Below, in pieces: positions 7,892 to 16,933 of a stretch of DNA of 64,000 nucleotides (within the stretch, counting starts at the first letter, position 1; each line of letters begins with the position of its first letter). The stretch lies in IMG/VR virus record IMGVR_UViG_3300032307_000764, positions 184,192 through 248,191 of that record. One strand, written 5' to 3'. Source of the DNA: a virus (Duplodnaviria > Caudoviricetes). The translations under genes and the position numbers were made by a program. The notes beneath the pieces were generated by a model, which saw nothing but the letters and a program-made list of their open reading frames with translations, ran no database searches and was not told the origin of the DNA.

Positions 7892-8144
7892 TGAGTTCTG
7901 TCATAGAATATGTGATGGTCTATATGATCCACGATTCCCTATGGAAGACCAATGCTCTGGCTATCACCAACTAAGAAACGTAGTACTTAACAAAATCCCT
8001 CCACACCCTTTAGAAATAAAAGACTGGCTGGATGATCCAGAAGCACCACCACCACAAGAAAGATATCTAAGAGCACTACACCCAAAGCTAAGAAAATTCG
8101 TTATAGATAATTGGGACAAAATAAAAGAACTAGAGGTTGATTGA
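7881..8144 (+). CDS. Hypothetical protein (start revised from 7815)
   Basis: ATG overlaps the end of the upstream peptide. Confidence 0.7.
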   Translation: MKFNEFCHRICDGLYDPRFPMEDQCSGYHQLRNVVLNKIPPHPLEIKDWLDDPEAPPPQERYLRALHPKLRKFVIDNWDKIKELEVD

Positions 8145-8353
8145 TTAACACCACATCCGCTAAAAAAAGAAAGAGACTAACTGTCTCTTTTTTTGTGACC
8201 TAATCTTACCCAAATGCTTACCAGATAATCTGCTGGGGTTCCCCAGTACATCTACCAGCATTAACTTAGGACCTCATAACATATTCCAAGAATCATTTTT
8301 TATATTGTAGAAAAATCCATACATTTACTCTATAACCAATTAAACAAAACAAA

Positions 8354-8737
8354 ATGATTATCTTCACTTCAAACATTACAAAAGTACAGGTATACCCTAA
8401 ATACAGACCAAAAATCTATGAATCATCCTTAGCATATAGAAAGGACTACAAAAAGCGAGTAGGAACCAAATTCTTGTTCTTTCCAGTCTATGAAATAGTA
8501 CCTCACGCAGTTATCCATGAAGGAGGATTATTTAATTCAACTGAAGAGTTTGAGTGTGATCTAAAAGACTTCAAAAGTGATTACTACTACTTCGAAGATG
8601 GTGTACTATATGAAAACCCACATTGCACCATCTATATGAACGATCGTTCTAGCAAAGAGGTACACTTTGAAACAGTAGACGAGCTAAATGCCTATGTAGA
8701 AGAGCTCAAATCTAAAGCCCCACATATCATTGTTTAA
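8354..8737 (+). CDS. Hypothetical protein
   Basis: ORF after promoter. Confidence 0.8.
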   Translation: MIIFTSNITKVQVYPKYRPKIYESSLAYRKDYKKRVGTKFLFFPVYEIVPHAVIHEGGLFNSTEEFECDLKDFKSDYYYFEDGVLYENPHCTIYMNDRSSKEVHFETVDELNAYVEELKSKAPHIIV

Positions 8738-9057
8738 ACCCCCCTTAAAACACACATTATATATGAAGTAACTTATCATCCATATATCACATCTAAAGGC
8801 TCTTAAACAAGCCTAAAACAACACCCAAGGTATCACTAAAATATACCCTCCCCGAAGGCCTCCCAAGAAGAGGCCTTTTTTAATGCCCCTAGGAATCCCT
8901 ACCAGCTAGGGATAAATCTGAGGGGGTTCCCCCAATTGGGACAACATTTAAAAAGCAAGGATATCAGGGTATACCCCAGTAGCATAGGCAGCATAAATGC
9001 TCCGGGGAACCCCCATTTAAAACACCTATAAAACACCTTGGAAACACCCCTGGATAG

Positions 9058-9232
9058 GCCCTTAAAATAGGGGTCCAAAATGCCTAAAAAGGACCCCTAA
9101 AATAGGGGGTAAAAACGGGGGGAGAGACCCCTAAAATAAGGGGGGCTAAAAGGGGTAAAAAGGCCCTTAAAATAGGGGGTAAAACAGGGGGCTAGGACCC
9201 TAAAAACGGGCCTTATATACGTATACTATATA
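9058..9232. repeat. About 35-nt period array of CCC(C/T)TAAAATAGGGG inverted repeats plus a TATACGTATA palindrome
   Basis: Copies near 9059, 9094, 9128, 9164, 9198; palindrome at 9216-9225. Confidence 0.85.
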
Positions 9233-9276
9233 GGGGGGGATAAAAATGTAATTGATCCCTTAGTCGGCCTGTTTCT

Positions 9277-9570
9277 AAATTTCTACGTGCGGGCCCATAC
9301 CCCCTTTTTAGGGATTCGCCTCGAAATCTTGGCTACTATCTTGGATAGATCTTGGCTACCCCCCTAAAGGGTAAATCCTGTAGGTGTTCCCATTTTAGAA
9401 ATTTGCGTGCGTATCGGAAAGGGGTGTTTTTAGGGTTCGCCTCGGGCCTTACTATGTTGATCCAGCACTACGCGCGCGAAGAAGGGGGGTAAACCCTCAA
9501 AAACCCTTGGTGTTCAGTTTTGAAAATTTTACGTGCGGGGCGGAACAGGGGTTTCCTAGGGCTCGCCTCG
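9277..9570 (+). repeat. Three ~47-nt imperfect direct repeats AAATTT..(A/G)CGTGCG-N~20-TAGGG(AT/T/C)TCGCCTCG
   Basis: 9277-9323, 9399-9444, 9523-9570 (period 121-126 nt). Confidence 0.85.
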
Positions 9571-9580
9571 ATTACTCTTT

Positions 9581-9589
9581 GATATATAG
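9581..9589 (+). promoter_or_regulatory. GATATATA(A/G) promoter-like motif (probably for a phage sigma factor, late/middle class)
   Basis: About 20 copies directly upstream of starts, e.g. 10283, 10999, 12759, 14095, 15520, 16922, 21974, 28739, 35858, 36854, 42410; minus strand at 15505, 20115, 30056. Confidence 0.75.
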
Positions 9590-9592
9590 AGT

Positions 9593-9949
9593 ATGTCTAA
9601 GATCAATCACGTATTCGGTAACATACAGGTGTTTCATGAGGATCTTCCTAGTGGTAGGGATTATAATAGATATAAATCTTTATGTTTGGCTTTAAAAGGA
9701 GATGGATGGAGAATACCTACTATACAGGAGCTTACTTATCTTTATGGTTTACATGAATTGAATATCTTAGGATTTAATCCTCATGGATCTTATTATAGTT
9801 CAACTAATCGTATTAATTCTCTTGGCCAAGTAAAGACGCATATTTTAGAATGTATTTATTTTGGAGATGGTACATTAATAGGCGGTTCCATTTTAGCATA
9901 TAAAGATGATTTTCTAGTGAGACCTGTTAGGGATATAAGTTTTTTATGA
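9593..9949 (+). CDS. DUF1566/Lcl-C-like small protein
   Basis: WRIPTIQEL...YYSST...VRPVR motifs. Confidence 0.65.
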   Translation: MSKINHVFGNIQVFHEDLPSGRDYNRYKSLCLALKGDGWRIPTIQELTYLYGLHELNILGFNPHGSYYSSTNRINSLGQVKTHILECIYFGDGTLIGGSILAYKDDFLVRPVRDISFL

Positions 9950-10272
9950 TGAGGAGTTACAATCTAGGTATAATAGAGGTTCTTGATCTTTCTGATCTTG
10001 GTGTTATGAGTTACAAAAGGGCTAGTAAGATTAAGAAGGATAGGTATGGTTATGATGGTCGTCGATGGAGATTCCCTACTATGAAAGAGATGGATTATAT
10101 TAGAAATCTGAGTAGGAGTCTTGGTGTTCATATAGCGGATTACAGATATTATTGGACTTCTACGAGTCCTTATCAGTCTTCCACTCTGGGATATCATATG
10201 GAGACAGGTACTGGTAGTTTGATTAAGGATACAACTGCGGCTTGTAAAATGATCTTGATTCGGGATTTGTAA
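9946..10272 (+). CDS. DUF1566/Lcl-C-like small protein
   Basis: WRFPTMKEM...YWTST...ILIRD motifs. Confidence 0.6.
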   Translation: MMRSYNLGIIEVLDLSDLGVMSYKRASKIKKDRYGYDGRRWRFPTMKEMDYIRNLSRSLGVHIADYRYYWTSTSPYQSSTLGYHMETGTGSLIKDTTAACKMILIRDL

Positions 10273-10291
10273 TCTTTATATAGATATATAA

Positions 10292-10849
10292 ATGAAAATG
10301 TTAAAAATGAAGCACGTTAAATTATTCGAGCAATTTATAAGTTCTGAATCAGGTATGAATCCTGTAATTCTGGCAAGAGTTGATTATTCTAAGATAACCG
10401 AGGGTGGAGAAGCTCCTCATGGTTTTTGTCAGCCGAATGCTTACTATGTTTACTATTACACAAACGGTTTACCTCCGGAGTTATCATTTTATGATGACAA
10501 GGTTAAAGAATCATCTGTTGAAGACCCAACTAGTGCTGCTGAATTAATATTAACTGCAGACCAAAATGGACTTTATATGTTACAACATAAGGGATTAGTA
10601 TTTCGTGTTGATCCTAGTTTCTCTCCTGAGGATTACAAGAATGAATTAGAAAAATTTATAACTAGCTTTAATGAAAACCCTGAGGGGTATGAAGGTGATA
10701 CGTGCTATCAATTTTTAGAAGATGAAAGAATGAAAAATATCCTTACTCCTGAATTTTTAGCACACTGTGAGGCAATTACTACGGGAAGCTCAACAAACAC
10801 AATGGAGCCAAGGATAGAATTAGTTTTCAAAGTGGATCAGTTAGATTAA
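10292..10849 (+). CDS. MKHVKLFEQF-family protein (start may be 10307)
   Basis: Conserved N-terminal motif; GATATATAA upstream. Confidence 0.85.
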   Translation: MKMLKMKHVKLFEQFISSESGMNPVILARVDYSKITEGGEAPHGFCQPNAYYVYYYTNGLPPELSFYDDKVKESSVEDPTSAAELILTADQNGLYMLQHKGLVFRVDPSFSPEDYKNELEKFITSFNENPEGYEGDTCYQFLEDERMKNILTPEFLAHCEAITTGSSTNTMEPRIELVFKVDQLD

Positions 10850-11014
10850 ATCATACCATATAAAAATCAAAAAGACCTTCGGGTCTTTTTTTGTGAGATA
10901 ATGATTTGCCCTCCGGGCCCTAGATTTTTCTACAGTTCTTAAAATCGGCCCTGGGGGCCGTGATCTTAGACTGCTTTGAATTCACTTTGATTTTCACGGA
11001 TATATAAGTAAGAT

Positions 11015-12076
11015 ATGAAACATATAAAGACTTTCGCTGCTCTAAATGAATCTTTACAAGATTCTTCTGAGATTTTAGATTTTATTAAAAACTCTCCAGA
11101 AGGAAGGGACTTACTTAAGGTTAGTAAATACCCCACGTTCGAAGAGAATTTCGAGGCCAAAAGATCCGGTAGAGTACATTGTAACGGAATAGGATCTAAG
11201 ACCTATGTAGAAAAAACACCTAGGGGATATTGCTTTCAGAGTCTTTCGAATGGTAAAATATTTGGTCAAGAATGTTACCCAACTATTGAAGAATGTATAA
11301 GAAAATTATGGTCTAATGCAGTTAGTAAATATGTGACTAATAATTACGGTGTTAAAAAACAAGAAATTAGAGATTGGGTATTAGTGAATATACCTGTAGG
11401 TAGTGAATTAGGAAATAAGGAGATATTGGATTCTTTTAGTGAAGCATCTAAAAAAGAAGCTCCAGATTTTGAAGAGATTATTAAAAAAAGCAGATCGATT
11501 AGAATTCTTGAGGATGTATTTGGAGCTAGATTCGCTCGTGCAGAAAATAAGCTAAATCCTAATGATGTCATTTACAAATCAGGACCCATTAATCTTTTTC
11601 AACCATTCGGATTAGATATTTGCGATAATGAAGAAAATCCGTATACTTTCTCTGTAGAGGTTAAGGTTAATCTATCTGGGAAAAATAAATCATCCACTGA
11701 TTATAATAATAATAATAATATAATTTTAGGTGATCCTTCTACCGCTTTAAAATATTTAGATAAAGTTATTCCACCATGGGCTTTAAAAATAGTTGAAAAT
11801 CCTAGTAAATTTATATACTATAGGACTCCTAAGACTTCTCCTGAATTAATAGAATTGTTAAGGAGTCTTTTTCTTAATAACACCGTAGGGTCAACAGTTT
11901 ATGATGCTTTAGATAATGCTTTATCAAGTATTAAATCAAGTAATCCCCTCGCATTTGAATCTGTTATAAAAAAATTAGAATCCGCTGGAGCATTTCCTGA
12001 ATTAACTAGTAAGTACAGAGAATCCGAAAGCGGTACACTAAAAGGAGCATCTATTCTAAATAGATTTGGTATTTAA
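11015..12076 (+). CDS. MKHIK-family protein ending KGASILNRFGI
   Basis: 353-aa ORF. Confidence 0.85.
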   Translation: MKHIKTFAALNESLQDSSEILDFIKNSPEGRDLLKVSKYPTFEENFEAKRSGRVHCNGIGSKTYVEKTPRGYCFQSLSNGKIFGQECYPTIEECIRKLWSNAVSKYVTNNYGVKKQEIRDWVLVNIPVGSELGNKEILDSFSEASKKEAPDFEEIIKKSRSIRILEDVFGARFARAENKLNPNDVIYKSGPINLFQPFGLDICDNEENPYTFSVEVKVNLSGKNKSSTDYNNNNNIILGDPSTALKYLDKVIPPWALKIVENPSKFIYYRTPKTSPELIELLRSLFLNNTVGSTVYDALDNALSSIKSSNPLAFESVIKKLESAGAFPELTSKYRESESGTLKGASILNRFGI

Positions 12077-12115
12077 CATATTAATTCATAATGTATAGAA
12101 CACGTTAATAAAACT

Positions 12116-12712
12116 ATGAAACACATTAAGCTATTCGAATCCTATCATAATGGTAAGTTGTTATGTTATCATGCAACAGGTAATAAAGGGGGAAACTGGA
12201 AAGATATATTTCTTGGAAATTTTAAAATAGGAGGAGGCTCTAATTTTGGACCTGGTCTTTATACTTTTTATAATCTGGAGGATCTAAATAGTGACATGGA
12301 TTGGAGTAGAGTTCCTGTTATTATCGAGTTTGAAGTTACTAACTATGACGGGTTTTATGTGGAAGTACCAGAGATAGCTGTTAAGATGTTTGGAGAGTAT
12401 AATATCAAGAATCAGGTTGATAATATCATGGGTGTAGATTGGGGTAGGAATAATCCTGATTTACTTCAAAAGATTATAGATAGCCCAGAAAGCTTTCCTA
12501 CTATTGCAAATCTTAGTAAATATAGAAGAGAGGATTCTCTTGAGGTAAAGCAAGCTAAGTGGATTTATGGTAGAGAGCTTAAAGGAAGTATTCTCAATAA
12601 TGTGGATGGAATTTTTTGCGTGATCCACGATGTGTCATTAGCTTCTCCTAAAAGATTTTCACTTGATGGTGGTAACACATGGAATACAGGTGAGGAGCTT
12701 AATAATTTTTAA
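12116..12712 (+). CDS. MKHIK-family protein with a possible ADP-ribosyltransferase-like fold
   Basis: LCYHAT...F..GGGSNFGPGLYT resembles the PARP-type YHGT...G.GIYF motif. Confidence 0.5.
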   Translation: MKHIKLFESYHNGKLLCYHATGNKGGNWKDIFLGNFKIGGGSNFGPGLYTFYNLEDLNSDMDWSRVPVIIEFEVTNYDGFYVEVPEIAVKMFGEYNIKNQVDNIMGVDWGRNNPDLLQKIIDSPESFPTIANLSKYRREDSLEVKQAKWIYGRELKGSILNNVDGIFCVIHDVSLASPKRFSLDGGNTWNTGEELNNF

Positions 12713-12783
12713 AGTATAAGATACTTAGGGGTTCTTTGAATACCCTACGATTTTCTTGGATATATAATGTGTTAATTAATACT

Positions 12784-13404
12784 ATGATCAATAAGAGAGA
12801 CTACGAAAGAATCCACGGAGCTAATCAAGATAGCTCTGAAATAGAGAGAAGATGGTTCCTATTTGAACAAGAGCAAGCAGCTTTAACTCAACAGATGTCA
12901 TTATCTGGTGCTGGTGGAGCATCCCCCTTACCTGAGCCAGAGCCAGCTCCTAGCGGGTTACTTATCACATCGGCAGACTTTGTTAGCGGTTCGGTTTTTG
13001 ATTCAGGAACAACAACCGAGTTGGGAACTAATGGTGTTGATGGATTTGAGATCACGTCTGCTGGTTCTAATCAAATGGATGAGGGATACATAGCATACGA
13101 TCTAACAACGGATCTTATTGATAGAATCACTGCTGCATATATAGAGGCTGGTCTAGATCCTACAAGCTCTGAAGGCTATGTTTGGAATGCAACTTGGGGT
13201 GCTGGTAGCACAATAACAACAGGTCTAATTAAATTTGGCTTTCAAGATAGCACACCTGCGTCTCTCTATATTCAAACAATCGACCCTGCGGATACATCTT
13301 GGGAGAATTCTGGATATGATGGAACCCCCTTGGTTGGTACATTCTTATTCCCGTTAACCATAACCATCTACACGCCTTTAACTGATAAAAATAATTGGTG
13401 CTAA
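12784..13404 (+). CDS. Hypothetical protein with Pro-rich linker, possibly virion-associated (start revised from 12736)
   Basis: PLPEPEPAP linker, G/S/T-rich C-terminal domain; promoter at 12759. Confidence 0.7.
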   Translation: MINKRDYERIHGANQDSSEIERRWFLFEQEQAALTQQMSLSGAGGASPLPEPEPAPSGLLITSADFVSGSVFDSGTTTELGTNGVDGFEITSAGSNQMDEGYIAYDLTTDLIDRITAAYIEAGLDPTSSEGYVWNATWGAGSTITTGLIKFGFQDSTPASLYIQTIDPADTSWENSGYDGTPLVGTFLFPLTITIYTPLTDKNNWC

Positions 13405-13418
13405 TCATATAGAATAAT

Positions 13419-14090
13419 ATGATTGTACATAGACCCGCGAACTCTAGAGGTAATCCTAAAAATAACTGGATAAACTCCTATAGGACATTTAGCTTTCCTG
13501 GATACTTTGATCCTAAATATAGAAACTTTGGCAACCTGAGAACAATCAACGATGATCGAGTCCAACCAGGAGGCCACGTACCAATTCACGAGCATAGGAA
13601 CATGGAGATCTTTGGTTACGTAGTGGAAGGAGCTTGTAGACACACAGACAGTCATGGAAATGTGTTTGATATTCCAGCAGGTGCAGTTCAAAGAATGAGC
13701 ACTGGTAGCGGCATCAGTCATACCGAGGGTAATGCTTCAGAAACTCCAAATAGATATCTCCAGCTTTGGATAGAGCCTAATGTTTTAGATACTGAACCTA
13801 TTCATGAGTGGCATCAGTTCACCAGAGAGGATAAGCTAAATAGATTTTGTGATATCACTGAGAAGCTTCCTATAAAACAGGACGCTAGGCTTCTTGCTGG
13901 CATATTTACCAATGATTATGAATTTGTTTTGGATAATGAGCGTAGATATTATCTATATGTTGTTCTAGGTGATCTTGAGATAAATTCGATACCTTTGATT
14001 GAAGGTGACGGGTTAAGCTTTGTTGCAGAATCTTTAATTATGATTAAAAATCCCAATAATTGCGAGGTGATACTATTTGATCTTGTCTAA
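13419..14090 (+). CDS. Pirin family protein (YhhW/quercetinase-like)
   Basis: LRTINDDRVQPG...HEHRNMEI...HTDSHGN...VQRMSTGSGISHTE...LQLWI. Confidence 0.92.
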   Translation: MIVHRPANSRGNPKNNWINSYRTFSFPGYFDPKYRNFGNLRTINDDRVQPGGHVPIHEHRNMEIFGYVVEGACRHTDSHGNVFDIPAGAVQRMSTGSGISHTEGNASETPNRYLQLWIEPNVLDTEPIHEWHQFTREDKLNRFCDITEKLPIKQDARLLAGIFTNDYEFVLDNERRYYLYVVLGDLEINSIPLIEGDGLSFVAESLIMIKNPNNCEVILFDLV

Positions 14091-14106
14091 TACTGATATA
14101 TAAGAT

Positions 14107-14925
14107 ATGAAACACATTAAGCTATTTGAATCTTTTTCAACTGAAGCTGGCAATAAGCTAAAGCATTTTATATTAGATGGTGCATCTTCCGCAGGTAAAA
14201 GCTCAGCCCTGGTTGATTTAGATTCTTCTTGGTGTGTATTAGCTGTAGACTCTTTTTACAATGTTATGTTTGAAGAATTGGGCATGGAAGATTTTGGTAA
14301 TAGTGGAAAGCCAACTATTTCAGAGATCTATCCAGGATGTCCATATAAGTATACTAGTTCAGAAGATTATCCTAATTACGATAAGGCTGCTAGATGGTAT
14401 ATGGCACAAGAAGCTATGTATGGTAAGATTTTTGAAACTGACCTAAAAGATGCTTCGGGAAATCTATTCGGTAAGCCACACGATAAGAATAAGGTGATAT
14501 ATGATGATGTTGAGGGAAGGGTGATTGATATGTTTAATGTGGAGGATAAACCAAAATGGTTACTTATCCATGCTCCTATAGATCACACTATTAAGAATGT
14601 TCAGAGAAGAGGTGACAGACCTTTGGATGGTGTTCTTAAGAATTCTTATTGCTTCAAGTACTATGCAAAGCCTATTCAGGGTGGTGTTGACCCAGATAAG
14701 TCGTGGACTGCTGATGAGATAAGATCTTTACTACCGAAGGAAGAATGGGTAGAGATATTTCTAACAAATCTTGGTATATCAGATGAGAATAGAGAATATT
14801 GGATTTACACTAAACCTCAACCACAAGGCAAATATGATGTGATTATTAACACAAGAGACAGTAGAGGAAATCAAAAGTCTATAGATCAGATTGCAAAAGA
14901 GGCTAAAATAAAATTCGAGCAGTGA
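14107..14925 (+). CDS. P-loop kinase/phosphotransferase-like protein with MKHIKLFE N-terminus
   Basis: Walker A ILDGASSAGKSS. Confidence 0.65.
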   Translation: MKHIKLFESFSTEAGNKLKHFILDGASSAGKSSALVDLDSSWCVLAVDSFYNVMFEELGMEDFGNSGKPTISEIYPGCPYKYTSSEDYPNYDKAARWYMAQEAMYGKIFETDLKDASGNLFGKPHDKNKVIYDDVEGRVIDMFNVEDKPKWLLIHAPIDHTIKNVQRRGDRPLDGVLKNSYCFKYYAKPIQGGVDPDKSWTADEIRSLLPKEEWVEIFLTNLGISDENREYWIYTKPQPQGKYDVIINTRDSRGNQKSIDQIAKEAKIKFEQ

Positions 14926-14939
14926 GACCCTTAAATTAT

Positions 14940-15500
14940 TTAGATAGATTTTAATCTATCTATTGGAAAGTTATCAACTGAATACTTAGTTACAATAGCA
15001 TTAGAATTAGTTAGTCCTTGCATTGCGTCATTGTATATGTCTGTGATGTCTGTTGTTTTTGTAATAATCATTCCTGCATCCTGAGCTTTCTTCATTATGA
15101 AGTGATTGTATATTCTTGATCTTCTATCGTCACCTAATGTTTCGGATTTAGCAACGACTATGATAGATCTTAAATTTCCACCTTTACTTCTTTCTTTAGC
15201 CCATTCCTTTACCGCCCACCATACACTTCCCATAACATCTTGCATGTTGTTTCTACCTGTTAAGGCGTCAGAATATTCGGTATCAGTAATTTCAGATTTA
15301 GACGAGAAATGTATTTCTAATGTTACTGTGTTGTCTTCCCATCTTCTTACCATGATAAAGACCTTGTATATAGCACCATCGATTTCAAATTCGTAGGTCA
15401 TATCCTCGTCCCTTGCGGGAATTCTTTTTATGACACGGAGATCTGGGATTGTGTCCCACATCTCATTAATAAATTGTGAATATCTAAATATCTTTTTCAT
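14940..15500 (-). CDS. Hypothetical protein MKKIFRYSQFINE (start revised from 15533)
   Basis: Minus-strand GATATATAA at 15505-15513, 4 nt before the ATG. Confidence 0.75.
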   Translation of the reverse strand: MKKIFRYSQFINEMWDTIPDLRVIKRIPARDEDMTYEFEIDGAIYKVFIMVRRWEDNTVTLEIHFSSKSEITDTEYSDALTGRNNMQDVMGSVWWAVKEWAKERSKGGNLRSIIVVAKSETLGDDRRSRIYNHFIMKKAQDAGMIITKTTDITDIYNDAMQGLTNSNAIVTKYSVDNFPIDRLKSI

Positions 15501-15531
15501 CCTATTATATATCTTTCGTGATATATAAGAC

Positions 15532-15972
15532 ATGATATTAGATTACGACAAATTTATACTCGAGAAAAATAATCCTTGTTGGAAAGGTTACAAGCAGATT
15601 GGAACCAAGGATAAAAACGGTAGGCCCGTTCCCAATTGTGTAAAAGAAAATTCTGAAGTAAGCGAGAAAAAAGAAACCCATCAGGAATTTGCGGAAAACA
15701 GATTAGCTGGAGCAGCAAAAATATCTAAGGCAGCAAAAGAGAAAGGCGGAGATGCTTTATTGACATATCACCATTTCCATGTTAAACTTCCATACTATCA
15801 GAAAAGTGTAGACGGTGAATTGGATATGCAGATGGTTAAGGAAGAATATGATGATCTATTAACTGATCTTTACGAAGCAACCAGAAACTCTATGAATATC
15901 ACTCAAGTTGAATTCCAAGAGCTTGTTGGTAAGATAGAGGTTCTTGGAGAACTTTTAATCGAAAACAAATGA
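15532..15972 (+). CDS. Hypothetical protein (contains CWKGYKQIG motif)
   Basis: ORF 3 nt after GATATATAA. Confidence 0.8.
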   Translation: MILDYDKFILEKNNPCWKGYKQIGTKDKNGRPVPNCVKENSEVSEKKETHQEFAENRLAGAAKISKAAKEKGGDALLTYHHFHVKLPYYQKSVDGELDMQMVKEEYDDLLTDLYEATRNSMNITQVEFQELVGKIEVLGELLIENK

Positions 15973-16637
15973 TATACACTATGAGACATATTAAATCGAG
16001 GAGTCAATTTGTAAACGAGCAGCTATTCCAAGACGCTAATAGATATGCTAAGTTAATATTAGGAGATGACTCCAAAGGAAAAGATGGAACAGGAGGTGGA
16101 AACGAAACACCTACTGGGCCGGTGGTTAATTCTAGAGATGATGAGAACAGCTGTCCTAATAATAACTGTTGGGCTCATTTCGGTAAGGAGGCTTTCTGGA
16201 ATGGTTCTAGTAAGATTAATGGTAAGACAGTGCCTAAGATCGTTATTAATAAAACAGCGAATTCTTTTAATATAAGTTATGAAGGAGCTGCTTCTGGCTT
16301 CCTTCTTAAGCATGGTAAGGGTGGTAAGGATGATACTATCCACCAATTGTTAAATGTACTAACTGCTGAAATTAATCCGTATCTTAAAGAGAATAAATTT
16401 AAGCCGGATGTGAAGGCTATTAAAATGAATATGTCCGGTAAGAAACTTTCAATATCTGTTCCTTTGCTTAAAATCAATGATGCTAACAAGTATTATGTAT
16501 TGGATAGAAGAGGTGGATTAGGACATGCTGGGGATTACAGTGATCTTGAAAAATATAGGGGTAAAGAAGGTTACGAAGAAGCTATACAAAAATCGGGAAA
16601 TCTCACTGAGAAATTTGTAACTTTCGTTAATGGATGA
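15969..16637 (+). CDS. MRHIK-family protein
   Basis: MRHIKSRSQFVNEQ N-terminus. Confidence 0.8.
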   Translation: MIYTMRHIKSRSQFVNEQLFQDANRYAKLILGDDSKGKDGTGGGNETPTGPVVNSRDDENSCPNNNCWAHFGKEAFWNGSSKINGKTVPKIVINKTANSFNISYEGAASGFLLKHGKGGKDDTIHQLLNVLTAEINPYLKENKFKPDVKAIKMNMSGKKLSISVPLLKINDANKYYVLDRRGGLGHAGDYSDLEKYRGKEGYEEAIQKSGNLTEKFVTFVNG

Positions 16638-16914
16638 TCAAACTATTAATCTTGGTATAATCGAGATCATTTTTTTAGATGGAGAATCTAGAAAAGACGA
16701 ACTTAGTTCGGTTAAGATGAGTGATTGGAGATTACCTACTGAGGCTGAAATTGAATACATCTCAGATATTTATATAGAATATAATATCGTAGGACAGCCG
16801 GGATGGTACTGGACTAACACTGGATTTCTTTATGAGCTAGACACCAAACATTCCTTTCTCGTAGTTCACGAGGACAAAGAATCAGGGAGGGTTATATTAG
16901 TTAAAGACCTCTAA
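16630..16914 (+). CDS. DUF1566/Lcl-C-like small protein
   Basis: WRLPTEAEI...YWT...VILVKD. Confidence 0.6.
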   Translation: MDDQTINLGIIEIIFLDGESRKDELSSVKMSDWRLPTEAEIEYISDIYIEYNIVGQPGWYWTNTGFLYELDTKHSFLVVHEDKESGRVILVKDL

Positions 16915-16933
16915 AATCTAAGATATATAACAT

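Larger units (their letters stand above)
340..9013. repeat. Array of about 17 inter-cassette junction elements with core GAGGAACCCC / GGGGAACCCC / GGGGTTCCCC
   Basis: GAGGAACCCC at 916, 1600, 2734, 4058, 4702, 4820, 5904, 7378; variants near 385, 3524, 4614, 6627, 6948, 7016, 8235, 8922, 9004; mostly between a terminator and the next promoter. Confidence 0.9.

Noticed and set aside
8763-8771. Second ATG-AAG-TAA minigene
   Set aside because: No conserved frame follows, there is no promoter, and such triplets are common by chance.
340-9013. CRISPR array
   Set aside because: Repeats are degenerate, spacing is irregular (100-900 nt), the spacers contain genes, and no cas genes are present.
340-9013. 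Classical integron attC array
   Set aside because: No RYYYAAC/GTTRRRY inverse cores, cassettes carry their own promoters, and no tyrosine integrase is in the window.
10905-10945. GC-rich hairpins (CGGCC/GGCCG)
   Set aside because: Short single occurrence with no supporting context.
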